A stretch of DNA of 64,000 bases from a virus (taxonomy: Duplodnaviria; Heunggongvirae; Uroviricota; Caudoviricetes): positions 32,001-96,000 of IMG/VR virus record IMGVR_UViG_3300037484_000445; one strand, given 5' to 3'. This document shows, in pieces, positions 46,962 to 55,869 of the stretch. The notes under the pieces were generated by a model that did not search any database, had not been told where the DNA came from, and worked only from the letters and a program-made list of their open reading frames with translations. Position 1 is the stretch's first letter. Each line of letters begins with the position of its first letter. The position numbers and the translations under genes are program-made.

Positions 46962-47678
46962 TTGATTGATTATTGGACACTGGCGAAGGATTTTGCTCCA
47001 GGTGACTTCGTACAGAAGTACGCACCTAGTCAAAACATGTGCCTTTCCCCCTATGTGGGCCGTGTTCTTGCGGTTCTGCGAGGGATCGGCTTTCTCGACG
47101 TTCAGTGGCCGTTTGGAGTAGAGCGGACCTCTCCCGAGGAAGTCGTCAAGGTCAACCAACAGTATGCGACGTACCTGCCTCCCATGCAGGACTTCTCTTA
47201 CTATCCAGGGCTAGAGCAGGAGAGGGCTCGGTTGGCTTCCAAACTACCGTGGAAGACAGCCGAGCTCCCTCCAGGCTTCCATAAGGAGCTAGCTCGGGCA
47301 TGGCATCGAGGAGCGAATGAAGTCCAGGCCTACGACGAGCTTTGGCATCGTTACGCCTCATTTTCGCACGATGAACTCATTCGTGAAGAGGTCGCTAAGG
47401 TATACCGTTTTGCACGCACCTCGTCGGATCTATTTTTTGAGGCGTATGCGAACAAGACAGCCACTTACTGGGCTGCCCAAAACCGTCAACACCGGGCAAC
47501 TCGTTCGGAGGTTGAAATCAAGCGACCCAACTGTCCTAAGTGTGGGACGGCTATGCGTAAAGCTACCTACAAGATGGCAGAAGGTCAAAGAATTCGGCTT
47601 TTTGCCTGCCCTACGGATCTGTATCTGATCAAACAGACAGACATTCTAGGGCCTGGTGGTGAACCCGTTGTGTGGTGA
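46962..47678 (+). CDS. head-module protein with SH3-like N-terminus and C-terminal zinc ribbon
   Basis: F.PGD.V...GRV....DVQWP; RLAS, KTAT; CPKCG...ACP. Confidence 0.62.
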   Translation: MIDYWTLAKDFAPGDFVQKYAPSQNMCLSPYVGRVLAVLRGIGFLDVQWPFGVERTSPEEVVKVNQQYATYLPPMQDFSYYPGLEQERARLASKLPWKTAELPPGFHKELARAWHRGANEVQAYDELWHRYASFSHDELIREEVAKVYRFARTSSDLFFEAYANKTATYWAAQNRQHRATRSEVEIKRPNCPKCGTAMRKATYKMAEGQRIRLFACPTDLYLIKQTDILGPGGEPVVW

Positions 47679-47698
47679 CCGTCTAAGGGATTCCTTGA

Positions 47699-49228
47699 AT
47701 GGCCTTTTCAAAGTACGCTAACGCTGTCGTAGCAAAGCCTGTTGTGAGCCTTGACGCTTGGCGGGACTTTCGTGCTAACAGTCTTCCATTCGACAAGAGA
47801 GCGGCTGCTTCTAAGCTTCTTTTGCAGAAGTACGACCCCTCTAATGTGCTCTTGAGCCATGCCACAATCATGGCTTCGGTGGACATAGAGAATGGCCCTG
47901 GATCATTAGGGAGACACCTAGAACAGGGACAAGAGATTGATCGTAGGTTTGCAGATTACTACATAACCCCTAACACTTCCAAGTACGTCAATTCGAACGG
48001 CGATTCTTGGAGTAGGGCCGTTCTTCTTGCTACCTATAAGGGTTTCATTGGGGCACAGAACTACTGTGAACACCTTCAGATCCCGGAGCTTTCTAAGGGT
48101 CGAATCATTGATGCTGCAGCGAGGGACATTGGGGACAGCATCTACATTGATATTTTGGTGGCCACGGAGAAGAAGCACCAACCCCTGATTAAGGCTATCA
48201 CTTCGGGGCAGCTGAACACCATGAGCATGGGGTGTTCGGTTGAGTTCACCCAGTGTAGTAAGTGTGGCAACGTTGCTGTCGACGAGACTCAGCTTTGCCG
48301 CTGTGTTAAGTACTCGAAACTGTCAACATTCTTCGACACTTTAGGCCAAAAGCGTGTAATCGCCGAGCTTTGCGGGCACAGTTCTCTCCCTAACTCGGTG
48401 AAGTTCATCGAGGCTTCGTGGGTAGGCAACCCAGCTTTTAAGGGTGCTGTGATCCGAAACATTCTTTCGCCGGACGAGTTGGCTCAATTTGCTCCTCAAA
48501 TCGGCAAGGTCTTTTCGTTCCCAGCGCCTATTGCAGACCCGTCTTTGATGGCCAAGGCTGCTCGGGACCAAGGATATATTGTTAGGCATCTAGGTGACCC
48601 CCGGAGCCGCGTCATTCTAGGGCAGGGACAGGGGTTTGACTTCGGCCAAGGTGGTCAGTTCGAAGGGGCTGATGACGCTCCGAAAGCCGAAGAAACATCC
48701 AAAGAAGACCCACTTCAGAAGGCCGTCGATGACTTAGCAGGGATCCTCAAAGAGAAAGCCCTGGAAAAGGTTCGTGGTGAGATCACACAGAAGGAAGTAG
48801 CTCCTCGTGCGGATCTCAACGAGAACAAGAACGAAGGTTTGATCCGTGAAGCCTCACACGATGCTTATTGGCGTGAAATAGCCAGTTCTGTCGTGGCTAA
48901 GGTTAAGGATCCCACAAGATCTCGTCGGATACTATTAGGTCTTCTGCTGTTCAAGAACGGTGGATGGCACGCGATTCGTGAAGCGAATTGTTTCTCTGGT
49001 CGCGAAGTACTCGGAATCTCTAAGTTTTTGGACGAGTTCGAAGGCGTAAAGATTGCTGGTGAGGCTCGTGTGTACCGAACTGTTTTGGCAGTCGGTGGGG
49101 CCTCCCCATATGGAGATGTAGAAGGCTTTTTAGCGGCATGTCGCCGTGTTTTTCGTCGAGAGTTGACTTCCTCTGAGCGAGACGCCCTCATCACTAAGGG
49201 ACGCCTCTATGACCTCGGGTCGTTGTAA
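47699..49228 (+). CDS. prohead (maturation) serine protease, HK97/assemblin clan, with Zn-ribbon insert
   Basis: N.NGD, YCEH (His), KGRIID, MSMG (Ser), CSKCG..C.C, FIEASWVGNPAF; directly upstream of scaffold and capsid genes. Confidence 0.8.
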   Translation: MAFSKYANAVVAKPVVSLDAWRDFRANSLPFDKRAAASKLLLQKYDPSNVLLSHATIMASVDIENGPGSLGRHLEQGQEIDRRFADYYITPNTSKYVNSNGDSWSRAVLLATYKGFIGAQNYCEHLQIPELSKGRIIDAAARDIGDSIYIDILVATEKKHQPLIKAITSGQLNTMSMGCSVEFTQCSKCGNVAVDETQLCRCVKYSKLSTFFDTLGQKRVIAELCGHSSLPNSVKFIEASWVGNPAFKGAVIRNILSPDELAQFAPQIGKVFSFPAPIADPSLMAKAARDQGYIVRHLGDPRSRVILGQGQGFDFGQGGQFEGADDAPKAEETSKEDPLQKAVDDLAGILKEKALEKVRGEITQKEVAPRADLNENKNEGLIREASHDAYWREIASSVVAKVKDPTRSRRILLGLLLFKNGGWHAIREANCFSGREVLGISKFLDEFEGVKIAGEARVYRTVLAVGGASPYGDVEGFLAACRRVFRRELTSSERDALITKGRLYDLGSL

Positions 49229-49230
49229 TT

Positions 49231-49252
49231 CTCTTTATAGATACACACTTGA
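49231..49252 (+). promoter_or_regulatory. CTTTAT-N10-TTGA putative late promoter of the scaffold-decoration-MCP operon
   Basis: CTCTTTATAGATACACACTTGA. Confidence 0.45.
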
Positions 49253-49272
49253 GTAGAAAGGGTGATCCCGTC

Positions 49273-50577
49273 ATGCGTGAGAGAACCACTTGGAACCGTA
49301 ACACCATTTGTCGGTTGGCCAGCGCTCTTAGGACCGCTGAAGACCCGACCGCAATGAATCAAGATCACATCAAGCAGCAGCCAGCTGCTGACAAGTACGT
49401 AACGGGCGACCCTTCCTCTTTCGCCGAGGATGTCCATCCCTCTACCGGTACTTGGAAGGCCGAATACTCAGGTGATGAGGTCAAGCGCAATGAGATCGGG
49501 TTGCCCGAAATGCGTGGCGACACCTTCAATCACAAGGAAAAGACGGCTGCCGACGACGATGACGATGATGACGGGGATGACGACGAATTCCTCGAGAAAA
49601 AGGCTGAGGTTTGCCTTGGTCTAGCTCGACGAGTTCTCGCCAAGACCGCTTCGGAATCAGTCGTCGAAGACCAAGCTTTCGCCTTCATGCACCTCCCTGA
49701 CGCAGCTTTGATCGAGACTGTGAATCGTCTGGCCTCACAGGAAGAGGATGACGACAAGGATCAGCAGCAGAAGCAAGGCGGTAAGATCCCACCCCAGTTC
49801 CTCGAGAACATCCAGAAGAAGAAGGATGAGGCCAAGGACGACAAAGGTGAGGACAAGGGCCAACAGCAGAAGGAAGCCCAAGGTCAGCAACAGCAGGACG
49901 ACGGCGATAAGGGCCAGCAACAGCAGAAGCAGGCCCAGGGCCAGCAACAGCAGGACGAGGACAAGGGCCAACAGCAGAAGGAAGCTCAAGGCCAACAGCA
50001 ACAGCAGGACGAGGGCCAGCAGCAGAAGCAAGCCCAACAGGATCAGATCTCTCAGTTGCAACAGCAGGCTCAGCAACTCCAGGATCAAATCGCCCAACTG
50101 GTTCAACAGTCTCAGTTGCAACAGCAACAGTCCCAGCTGCAACAGCAGCAGGGCCAATTGCAGGGCCAACCAGCTCCTGTTATGAGTGACGACCAGATGT
50201 TGGACCAATTGATCCAACAGCAGACGATCCCACAGCAGCAACAGTTCACAGCTAGTGAGTCTTTCGATATTCAACTCGAAGGACCCTCGATTGACACTGG
50301 TGTGCATCTGGGCAGCGAAGACGAGGCCCTTAGTGCCATCTTTGCCAGCCACTCTGAGGTTCGTGAAGCTGCACAAGCTCAAGCTCTCCAAACGGGTATC
50401 CCCGTTCAGGCGAGTATAGGAATGACCCGTACGGCATCGACTCGCACTGTTGGTACTCGTCCGAGTGCCGGCGTTTCGCAACTCGGTGGCAACACCAGTT
50501 CTGGATCACGAAGTGAAGTCGACAAGCTAGCCGGGCTTTGGCAGTCAGCTCCGGATGTGTCGAGTGTGTTCGACTGA
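49273..50577 (+). CDS. capsid scaffold protein with poly-Q/acidic repeats
   Basis: Lies between protease and decoration/MCP; low complexity with a coiled coil and many K/R-x-A motifs; ATG at 49273. Confidence 0.72.
   Translation: MRERTTWNRNTICRLASALRTAEDPTAMNQDHIKQQPAADKYVTGDPSSFAEDVHPSTGTWKAEYSGDEVKRNEIGLPEMRGDTFNHKEKTAADDDDDDDGDDDEFLEKKAEVCLGLARRVLAKTASESVVEDQAFAFMHLPDAALIETVNRLASQEEDDDKDQQQKQGGKIPPQFLENIQKKKDEAKDDKGEDKGQQQKEAQGQQQQDDGDKGQQQQKQAQGQQQQDEDKGQQQKEAQGQQQQQDEGQQQKQAQQDQISQLQQQAQQLQDQIAQLVQQSQLQQQQSQLQQQQGQLQGQPAPVMSDDQMLDQLIQQQTIPQQQQFTASESFDIQLEGPSIDTGVHLGSEDEALSAIFASHSEVREAAQAQALQTGIPVQASIGMTRTASTRTVGTRPSAGVSQLGGNTSSGSRSEVDKLAGLWQSAPDVSSVFD
49849..50040 (+). repeat. about 4 tandem copies of a roughly 50-nt coding repeat (DKGQQQK[E/Q]AQGQQQQD)
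   Basis: GAGGACAAGGGCCAACAGCAGAAGGAAGC recurs exactly; CAG/CAA-rich tract continues to about 50245. Confidence 0.85.
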
Positions 50578-50657
50578 TCCTGAGTAACACTCCCAAATTT
50601 GCCCCTAGATCAGATGTAAATTGTCTACCCCAGCAAGGATATTAGGAGACTACAACA

Positions 50658-51293
50658 ATGCCTCTTCAAGCCGGTCAGAGCTCGGGTGACTTCCGGGAAA
50701 CCAGTGGACGCGTCCAGATTCTTCACGAAGGCATCCGTAACTCGGTTGGTATTCTTACCGCCGATGCCTTCACGCAGTCCAATCCCGCGATTGTCGCCGT
50801 AGTGGGTCCACCCACCACCATCAGCACGCAACTTTCGGGCATCACCAAGAAGGGTGTGCTCGGAGGTACGGTTGCTTTCACTCGTCCCGATGCCGGTAAC
50901 GGCTATCATGGTGGCCCGGTTCAAGTCGGTGCCGCATATGTTGCGGGACAGAAGCCACTCGGCCTCTTCATCAACGATTCCCTAGGAAATGCCTTCGAGA
51001 ACACCCCCGGCGTTGCCTCCGGTCGTGGCCCCTACCTCTGTGGTCGTGGCACGGTTGCCGTTAGTGTGTGGGAAACGCTTCAGCAGATCACCCCATCTGC
51101 TACGGCTCTTACGTACACCGCAGGTAACAAGCTCTACGCCAGCGTCAATGGGTTGCTCACCAACCGTATTGAAGATGCGTACGAGTACAACGTTGCGGCT
51201 CAGAACGATCCCGACTTCGTAACAGTTGTTGGAATCGTGAAGATCGCTCCTGACGCCAACAACACCCTCATGGTGCTCGACCTTCGCATCTGA
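50658..51293 (+). CDS. capsid decoration/cement protein
   Basis: Directly upstream of MCP; PLGLF.ND..G..FEN.P..ASG, Y.AG.KLYAS.NGLLT, VGIV...P; AGGAG RBS. Confidence 0.72.
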   Translation: MPLQAGQSSGDFRETSGRVQILHEGIRNSVGILTADAFTQSNPAIVAVVGPPTTISTQLSGITKKGVLGGTVAFTRPDAGNGYHGGPVQVGAAYVAGQKPLGLFINDSLGNAFENTPGVASGRGPYLCGRGTVAVSVWETLQQITPSATALTYTAGNKLYASVNGLLTNRIEDAYEYNVAAQNDPDFVTVVGIVKIAPDANNTLMVLDLRI

Positions 51294-51346
51294 GCGGAGA
51301 AGATACGTCTTCAAACTAGGAAATTCCCCGCAAGGAAAACACAGTC

Positions 51347-52225
51347 ATGCACCAAGTTTCAAATGAACTGAAGCAACAGATCATCAGTGAGTACGTCAAG
51401 ACCGCCGCTGGTCGTGCCAAGCTCGCTGCTTCGATGGTTCAACCGCTCCGCATGCGTCGTGATTACACGGCGGTAGGTCGTAAGACCTTCTTGGTGGAGC
51501 AGCTTCCGGATGGGGCACTGCCCATCTACGATAAGGATCCCGACGTGTCAGCCTTTGTGGTTGGCGAAGAGGGTCAGAACATCCTTGCCATCCAGAAGCC
51601 ACGTAGGGTCATCTTCCCGTTGTTCGAGATCGCCTCGAACCCCGAGATCCCCCTCACGCAGATCAAGGAGCGTCGTTTCGACCTCATCGAACGTAGCCAG
51701 GACCTTGCAAAGGCCCAGATTCAGGCTGCCGAAGATGAGCGTGTGTTTGCAGTTCTCGACTCGATCGCGATGTCGGGCTTCGACACTCTCCCTGGTCAGC
51801 TGAACCCCGACGTCGCCGTCGTAGCTCCGATCAGCCCATCAGTCCTCGCGGACGCCTTTGCTGAGATCGAGCGTCACGACTTGCGTGTTGCCCGTATCTA
51901 CATGAATGCCGTCGACTACGCCGACATTCGTAAGTTCGGTCGCGACATTCTCGACATCGAGAGCCAGGCCACGTTGCTGAAGACCGGTCTTCAGGCAACC
52001 CTCTGGGGCGCCCAAATCATCACGAGCCGTCTGGTCCCAGCCGGTTACGTGTACGTTTGCGGCGAGCCGGAGAACTTCGGTCGTATGCCGGTTCGTACGG
52101 AACTCACGGTTCTGTCCGCGGACGACCCGAAGGCTCGTACGATAGGATTTTCTTGCTTTGAAAACCTGGGTATTGGGGCGTTCAACCCCCGTGCTCAGAC
52201 CCGTCTGGTTGTCACTCGCGTGTAA
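51347..52225 (+). CDS. major capsid protein (HK97 fold)
   Basis: 292 aa after protease/scaffold/decoration; R..LA.SM.QPLR...DY..VGRK, spine helix AKAQIQAAED, LWGA.I..SR.VP.G; followed by a strong hairpin. Confidence 0.88.
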   Translation: MHQVSNELKQQIISEYVKTAAGRAKLAASMVQPLRMRRDYTAVGRKTFLVEQLPDGALPIYDKDPDVSAFVVGEEGQNILAIQKPRRVIFPLFEIASNPEIPLTQIKERRFDLIERSQDLAKAQIQAAEDERVFAVLDSIAMSGFDTLPGQLNPDVAVVAPISPSVLADAFAEIERHDLRVARIYMNAVDYADIRKFGRDILDIESQATLLKTGLQATLWGAQIITSRLVPAGYVYVCGEPENFGRMPVRTELTVLSADDPKARTIGFSCFENLGIGAFNPRAQTRLVVTRV

Positions 52226-52252
52226 TCAGATCAAGCCTAGAAAGGCTGAATT

Positions 52253-52286
52253 CGAAGGTCACCTTGGGAAACCTTGGTGGCCTTCG
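52253..52286 (+). terminator. long GAAA-loop hairpin after MCP, terminator-like
   Basis: CGAAGGTCACC-tt-GG-GAAA-CC-tt-GGTGGCCTTCG followed by a weak T-rich tail. Confidence 0.65.
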
Positions 52287-52300
52287 GCCATTTGGTATTT

Positions 52301-52318
52301 GGTGTACAACATTCTATG
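52301..52318 (+). promoter_or_regulatory. GGTGTA-N9-ATG putative leaderless promoter of ung
   Basis: GGTGTACAACATTCT-ATG. Confidence 0.55.
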
Positions 52319-52957
52319 CACTCCTCGTGGAAGACATTCCTGTCCCAAGAGTTCAAAAAGCCCTACTTCAGGGATCTTGCAGAATTCGTTCGGGAAGAAC
52401 GCTCGAAGCAGGTCGTGTTTCCTGCTTCAGGAGATGTTTTCAACGCTTACAAGCTACCCCTCGAGAAGGTCCGAGTCGTTATCTTAGGGCAGGACCCTTA
52501 TCACAATGCGGGACAGGCCCACGGTTTGAGCTTCTCTGTGCTCCCTGGAGTAAAGCCCCCTCCCAGCCTTCAGAACATCTTCAAGGAGCTCCACGAGGAT
52601 TTGGGTGTTCCAATTCCAAAGCACGGGCATTTGGCAACGTGGGCTGAGCAGGGGGTCTTCCTGCTCAATGCCACGCTCACGGTCCGAGCTCACTCACCCG
52701 GTTCTCATCAGGGTAAGGGTTGGGAGACTTTCACCGACGCTACCATCAAAGTCCTTGGTCAACGTTCGGAACCCATCGTCTTCGTGTTGTGGGGTAAATA
52801 TGCTCGATCCAAGGCGCCCCTAATACCTGAACACCATCATATCCTCGAGTCCCCTCACCCTTCGCCTATGTCCGCCCATCAGGGATTTTTTGGTAGCCGC
52901 CCATTCTCCAAGATTAATGCGGCTTTAGGGGGTGAGGGTGTCAATTGGGCATTGTAG
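52316..52957 (+). CDS. ung: family 1 uracil-DNA glycosylase
   Basis: GQDPYH, GLSFS, PPSL.NI, GVFLLN, LWG, HPSP; natural start MHSSW at 52316. Confidence 0.97.
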   Translation: MHSSWKTFLSQEFKKPYFRDLAEFVREERSKQVVFPASGDVFNAYKLPLEKVRVVILGQDPYHNAGQAHGLSFSVLPGVKPPPSLQNIFKELHEDLGVPIPKHGHLATWAEQGVFLLNATLTVRAHSPGSHQGKGWETFTDATIKVLGQRSEPIVFVLWGKYARSKAPLIPEHHHILESPHPSPMSAHQGFFGSRPFSKINAALGGEGVNWAL

Positions 52958-52983
52958 TTCATTTGTGAAGCGCCTAAAGCAAG

Positions 52984-53607
52984 ATGACCTCGGTTCAAGC
53001 CAGCAACCTTGTTCGCCGCTTCAAGGAAGCCTATAGCCCCAGTGTTACTATACCGAGGCCAGCGTACTTGCCTCCACAAGTTCGAGGCATGGATCCAATG
53101 GTCCCTGAGGGCACGGATATAGCTATCTGGCTTTGGGAAGAAAACGGTAAGCCCTACGGAATCGCCTTTCAGGCCAAATCCAATAAGCCCTTGTGGCACT
53201 TCAGTTTCCGAAACGAGGCTGAACGGGACCGCCGAGTTAAGCAGACCATAGACTCACGAAAGCTTACGTTGGAACGTAAGCAAAAAGAACAGCAGGAACG
53301 GCGTGAGTTCAAGCACCCTTACAATGAAGGGGATATTCTCTACTCCTCTTGGGGGTATGACGAGACTCACATCAACTTCTATCAGGTGACGGATCTCAAG
53401 GGGAAAATGGTTCTAGTCCGTCCTATAGCTTCCAAGACCACCAAAGAGGAGAAGGGTGCTGACTACGTGAGTGCCGCCAAGGATCACTTCACGGGGTCCG
53501 CAGTCAAGGTTCTACCGACGCCGAATGGTTTGAAGATTGACGGCCACTACGCCACCATTTGGGACGGAAAGCCCAAGTACGAGACGGCTATGGGTTGGGG
53601 ACACTAA
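52984..53607 (+). CDS. putative internal head (cargo) protein
   Basis: N-terminal VQASNLVRRFKEA leader, then a domain containing GDILYSSWGYDET..NFYQV. Confidence 0.65.
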   Translation: MTSVQASNLVRRFKEAYSPSVTIPRPAYLPPQVRGMDPMVPEGTDIAIWLWEENGKPYGIAFQAKSNKPLWHFSFRNEAERDRRVKQTIDSRKLTLERKQKEQQERREFKHPYNEGDILYSSWGYDETHINFYQVTDLKGKMVLVRPIASKTTKEEKGADYVSAAKDHFTGSAVKVLPTPNGLKIDGHYATIWDGKPKYETAMGWGH

Positions 53608-53609
53608 TA

Positions 53610-54173
53610 ATGGTCGTTGACCGTATAGTCTTGTACCACGGCACAGACTTGTCTCGGGCCCCTATCCTTAGGGTACGTAGCTACTCAACAACGGACTTTT
53701 GGATAGCTGCTTCGTATGGTTTGGATAAGACGGATCAGAAGGAATGCTACGTTCACGAGTATGTCGTAGACAATCCCTTTGAGATCATTAATCCTGACGA
53801 AAAGCATTGGTGGAACCAACAGCAAAGGCTGGACTCCAAGTACAACACTGAGATGGGCCATGACGCTTTCTTGAACAACGAGCCTCTTAAATCTTCTGGT
53901 AAGAAGTGGCACTTTGTCTTGAAGCCCGAAAAGACTCTTGGCTCTAATAAGTGGCACAACTACGACATTACGCCCAGACCGCCGCAACCTATGAGATCTG
54001 CCTCAGTTCGCCGCATTGTGGCTCGCTACAAGAGGGCTGTTATCCGCAAGGAGAAAGGGGAGTACTGTGTTAGGTCCCCTAACAATCCCGATTGGAATGG
54101 AGGGTGCTACCCCTCCAAAGAGAAGGCTGAGGAGCGACTTCGAGAGGTTGAGTACTTCAAGCACAAGGACTAG
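53610..54173 (+). CDS. ADP-ribosyltransferase-like domain plus tag plus small C-terminal module
   Basis: LYHGT ... YSTTD..IA.SYG ... VHEY; RRIVARYKRA; IRKE.GEYCV.S....G.Y.SKE.A.ERL.EVEYFKH. Confidence 0.5.
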   Translation: MVVDRIVLYHGTDLSRAPILRVRSYSTTDFWIAASYGLDKTDQKECYVHEYVVDNPFEIINPDEKHWWNQQQRLDSKYNTEMGHDAFLNNEPLKSSGKKWHFVLKPEKTLGSNKWHNYDITPRPPQPMRSASVRRIVARYKRAVIRKEKGEYCVRSPNNPDWNGGCYPSKEKAEERLREVEYFKHKD

Positions 54174-54640
54174 TCTTTGTGGTTAGCCTCGCTGCGAAGC
54201 TTCATGAGCCACTCGATTCCTGTGTCTAGGACTTTGAGTAAGTCTTGAACACTGCCTGATTTGTAGGCGTCTAGAGCCCTTTTGCCAAAGCGTTCATTTA
54301 GGTCGAGTAGCTTCGGCTCTTGGGCGCCTTTAGAATGGTTGTTTACGTGTCTAAGGGCTAGTTCACTGAGAATTGGCTGAAGATAGTAGACCCTTGGCAC
54401 ATCGGAAACGATCTCGGGCACGAGCTCCCAATCGGTTTCTAGGAGGTCTCTCTCGATTCCGACATAGGAAAAGCCGCGGCTACTACCGTCTCTATCGTAG
54501 TGGTCGAATATACTCAGGTCCGAGGCGGTTCCCGAGCGCATTCCGTATTCGGAAGCACCAACACACTTTCCTGCAGGCCAGGCAGCTCTACGGGCTAGTC
54601 TGCCAGACTTTATGGCGGGGAGGGCGTCTTCGAACTTCAT
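54170..54640 (-). CDS. DUF2829 / Tad2-like (Thoeris anti-defence sponge family) protein with C-terminal extension
   Basis: MKFEDAL.AIKSG..ARRAAW and DLLETDWELV motifs; only credible minus-strand gene in the window. Confidence 0.7.
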   Translation of the reverse strand: MKFEDALPAIKSGRLARRAAWPAGKCVGASEYGMRSGTASDLSIFDHYDRDGSSRGFSYVGIERDLLETDWELVPEIVSDVPRVYYLQPILSELALRHVNNHSKGAQEPKLLDLNERFGKRALDAYKSGSVQDLLKVLDTGIEWLMKLRSEANHKD

Positions 54641-54655
54641 GCCTATACATACACC
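54638..54655 (-). promoter_or_regulatory. GGTGTA-N9-ATG putative leaderless promoter (minus strand)
   Basis: Reverse complement reads GGTGTATGTATAGGC-ATG. Confidence 0.55.
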
Positions 54656-54732
54656 GCTTATCGCTATTCCACTTATCAGTCCTTTCCTATGAGGCCCCCT
54701 CTTTTCCTATCGGGAGCCCATAGGAGATTCAG

Positions 54733-55845
54733 ATGAGCACACAGATTCAATTTAGACAGGGGGAGTACATCAAATTCACGGCCGCTCGTGACTTCTCCCT
54801 CGGTGGAGTTGGGATCTCTATTCAGTCCGGAATGGAGCTTTTGTTCGATGGAACCAACGTAATCTACAACGGTGGGCCACCAACCAACATGTTCCAGCTT
54901 CGTGGTGCCTGTAAGGCGGGATGGCTCATCCCCACCGAGATCTACGATCCGGAAGATACCTCAGCCAGCATGCCCAAGTCCGCTGGGATTAGGGTTCGTA
55001 ATGCTGTCGGTGGCAATCCTATGGACGTTCAGACCCGAACGATTGTCACGACCGCGGCAGCTGAGGAGCAGGAGGTTGGCCATGTCGCCAGCCACTCCCA
55101 ACAGACGAGGACGCGTAATGCTAACCACCATTTTCAAGGCACTGTCCAAAGGGGTGCCATGATAGTGGATGAGCAAGAGGGTATTCCGGTTCGCACTGTA
55201 TCGACCCCTGCCAAGCAAGACGCAAACCTCGAATTCGAGAGTGCTGGTGAGATTCTTCGCCGAGCTCATAACGTCCAGATTCAACCAGGTGTTGGTAAGA
55301 CGCGTGACGAAGTTTTGGCCGAGATGTCTGCGGAGGATCGAGAAGAGTATCTGGTTAGAATCGAAGCTGGTCGTGCCTCGAAGCCTGGTGGGGATCGTGA
55401 TGCCAACGGCAACTCGATCGTTGGTAGTGTTGCAGCACCGAAGACCATTGAGAGTGGTGGCTTTACCATCAACAACTCTGTGGCGCGTGGCAGCACCCCA
55501 GTTGCAGACCTGAGTGGGACTACGGGTCAAACGGATGTGCAAGTGATTGAGGTGGATGGCATTAAGCTCACGAACACTAATGGACCCAGGCGAGAAGCCA
55601 TAAGGCCCGCTACAAGGCCCGCTGCTCCAAGGGACGCAGATCCACGGCGTACCATTGCTCGATCTATTTGTGCGGATTTTCCGGACAACTACAACTTCAA
55701 CGATCCTGTTCGCAAGAAGATTGCCCGTCTACAGGCGGACTTCGATGACCGTCCAGATGTCATTCGAGCGGTAGCTGCAGCCGAAACGGATGGCGAGGTT
55801 AAGTCTCGCTTGGTCACAGAATTCCCAGACGCTTTCACGGGTTAA
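54733..55845 (+). CDS. hypothetical late protein
   Basis: 370 aa, AGGAG RBS, upstream CTTAT-N12-ATGA motif. Confidence 0.7.
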   Translation: MSTQIQFRQGEYIKFTAARDFSLGGVGISIQSGMELLFDGTNVIYNGGPPTNMFQLRGACKAGWLIPTEIYDPEDTSASMPKSAGIRVRNAVGGNPMDVQTRTIVTTAAAEEQEVGHVASHSQQTRTRNANHHFQGTVQRGAMIVDEQEGIPVRTVSTPAKQDANLEFESAGEILRRAHNVQIQPGVGKTRDEVLAEMSAEDREEYLVRIEAGRASKPGGDRDANGNSIVGSVAAPKTIESGGFTINNSVARGSTPVADLSGTTGQTDVQVIEVDGIKLTNTNGPRREAIRPATRPAAPRDADPRRTIARSICADFPDNYNFNDPVRKKIARLQADFDDRPDVIRAVAAAETDGEVKSRLVTEFPDAFTG

Positions 55846-55869
55846 GTCGACTTCAAGCGTAGAACCCTT

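Noticed and set aside
49735-50481. 248-aa Leu-rich minus-strand ORF resembling a membrane protein
   Set aside because: It is the antisense shadow of the CAG/CAA poly-Q tract of the scaffold gene.
52316-52957. Uracil-substituted genome as in PBS1/AR9-type jumbo phages
   Set aside because: The phage encodes an intact-looking family 1 UDG and ThyX, which argues for thymine DNA.
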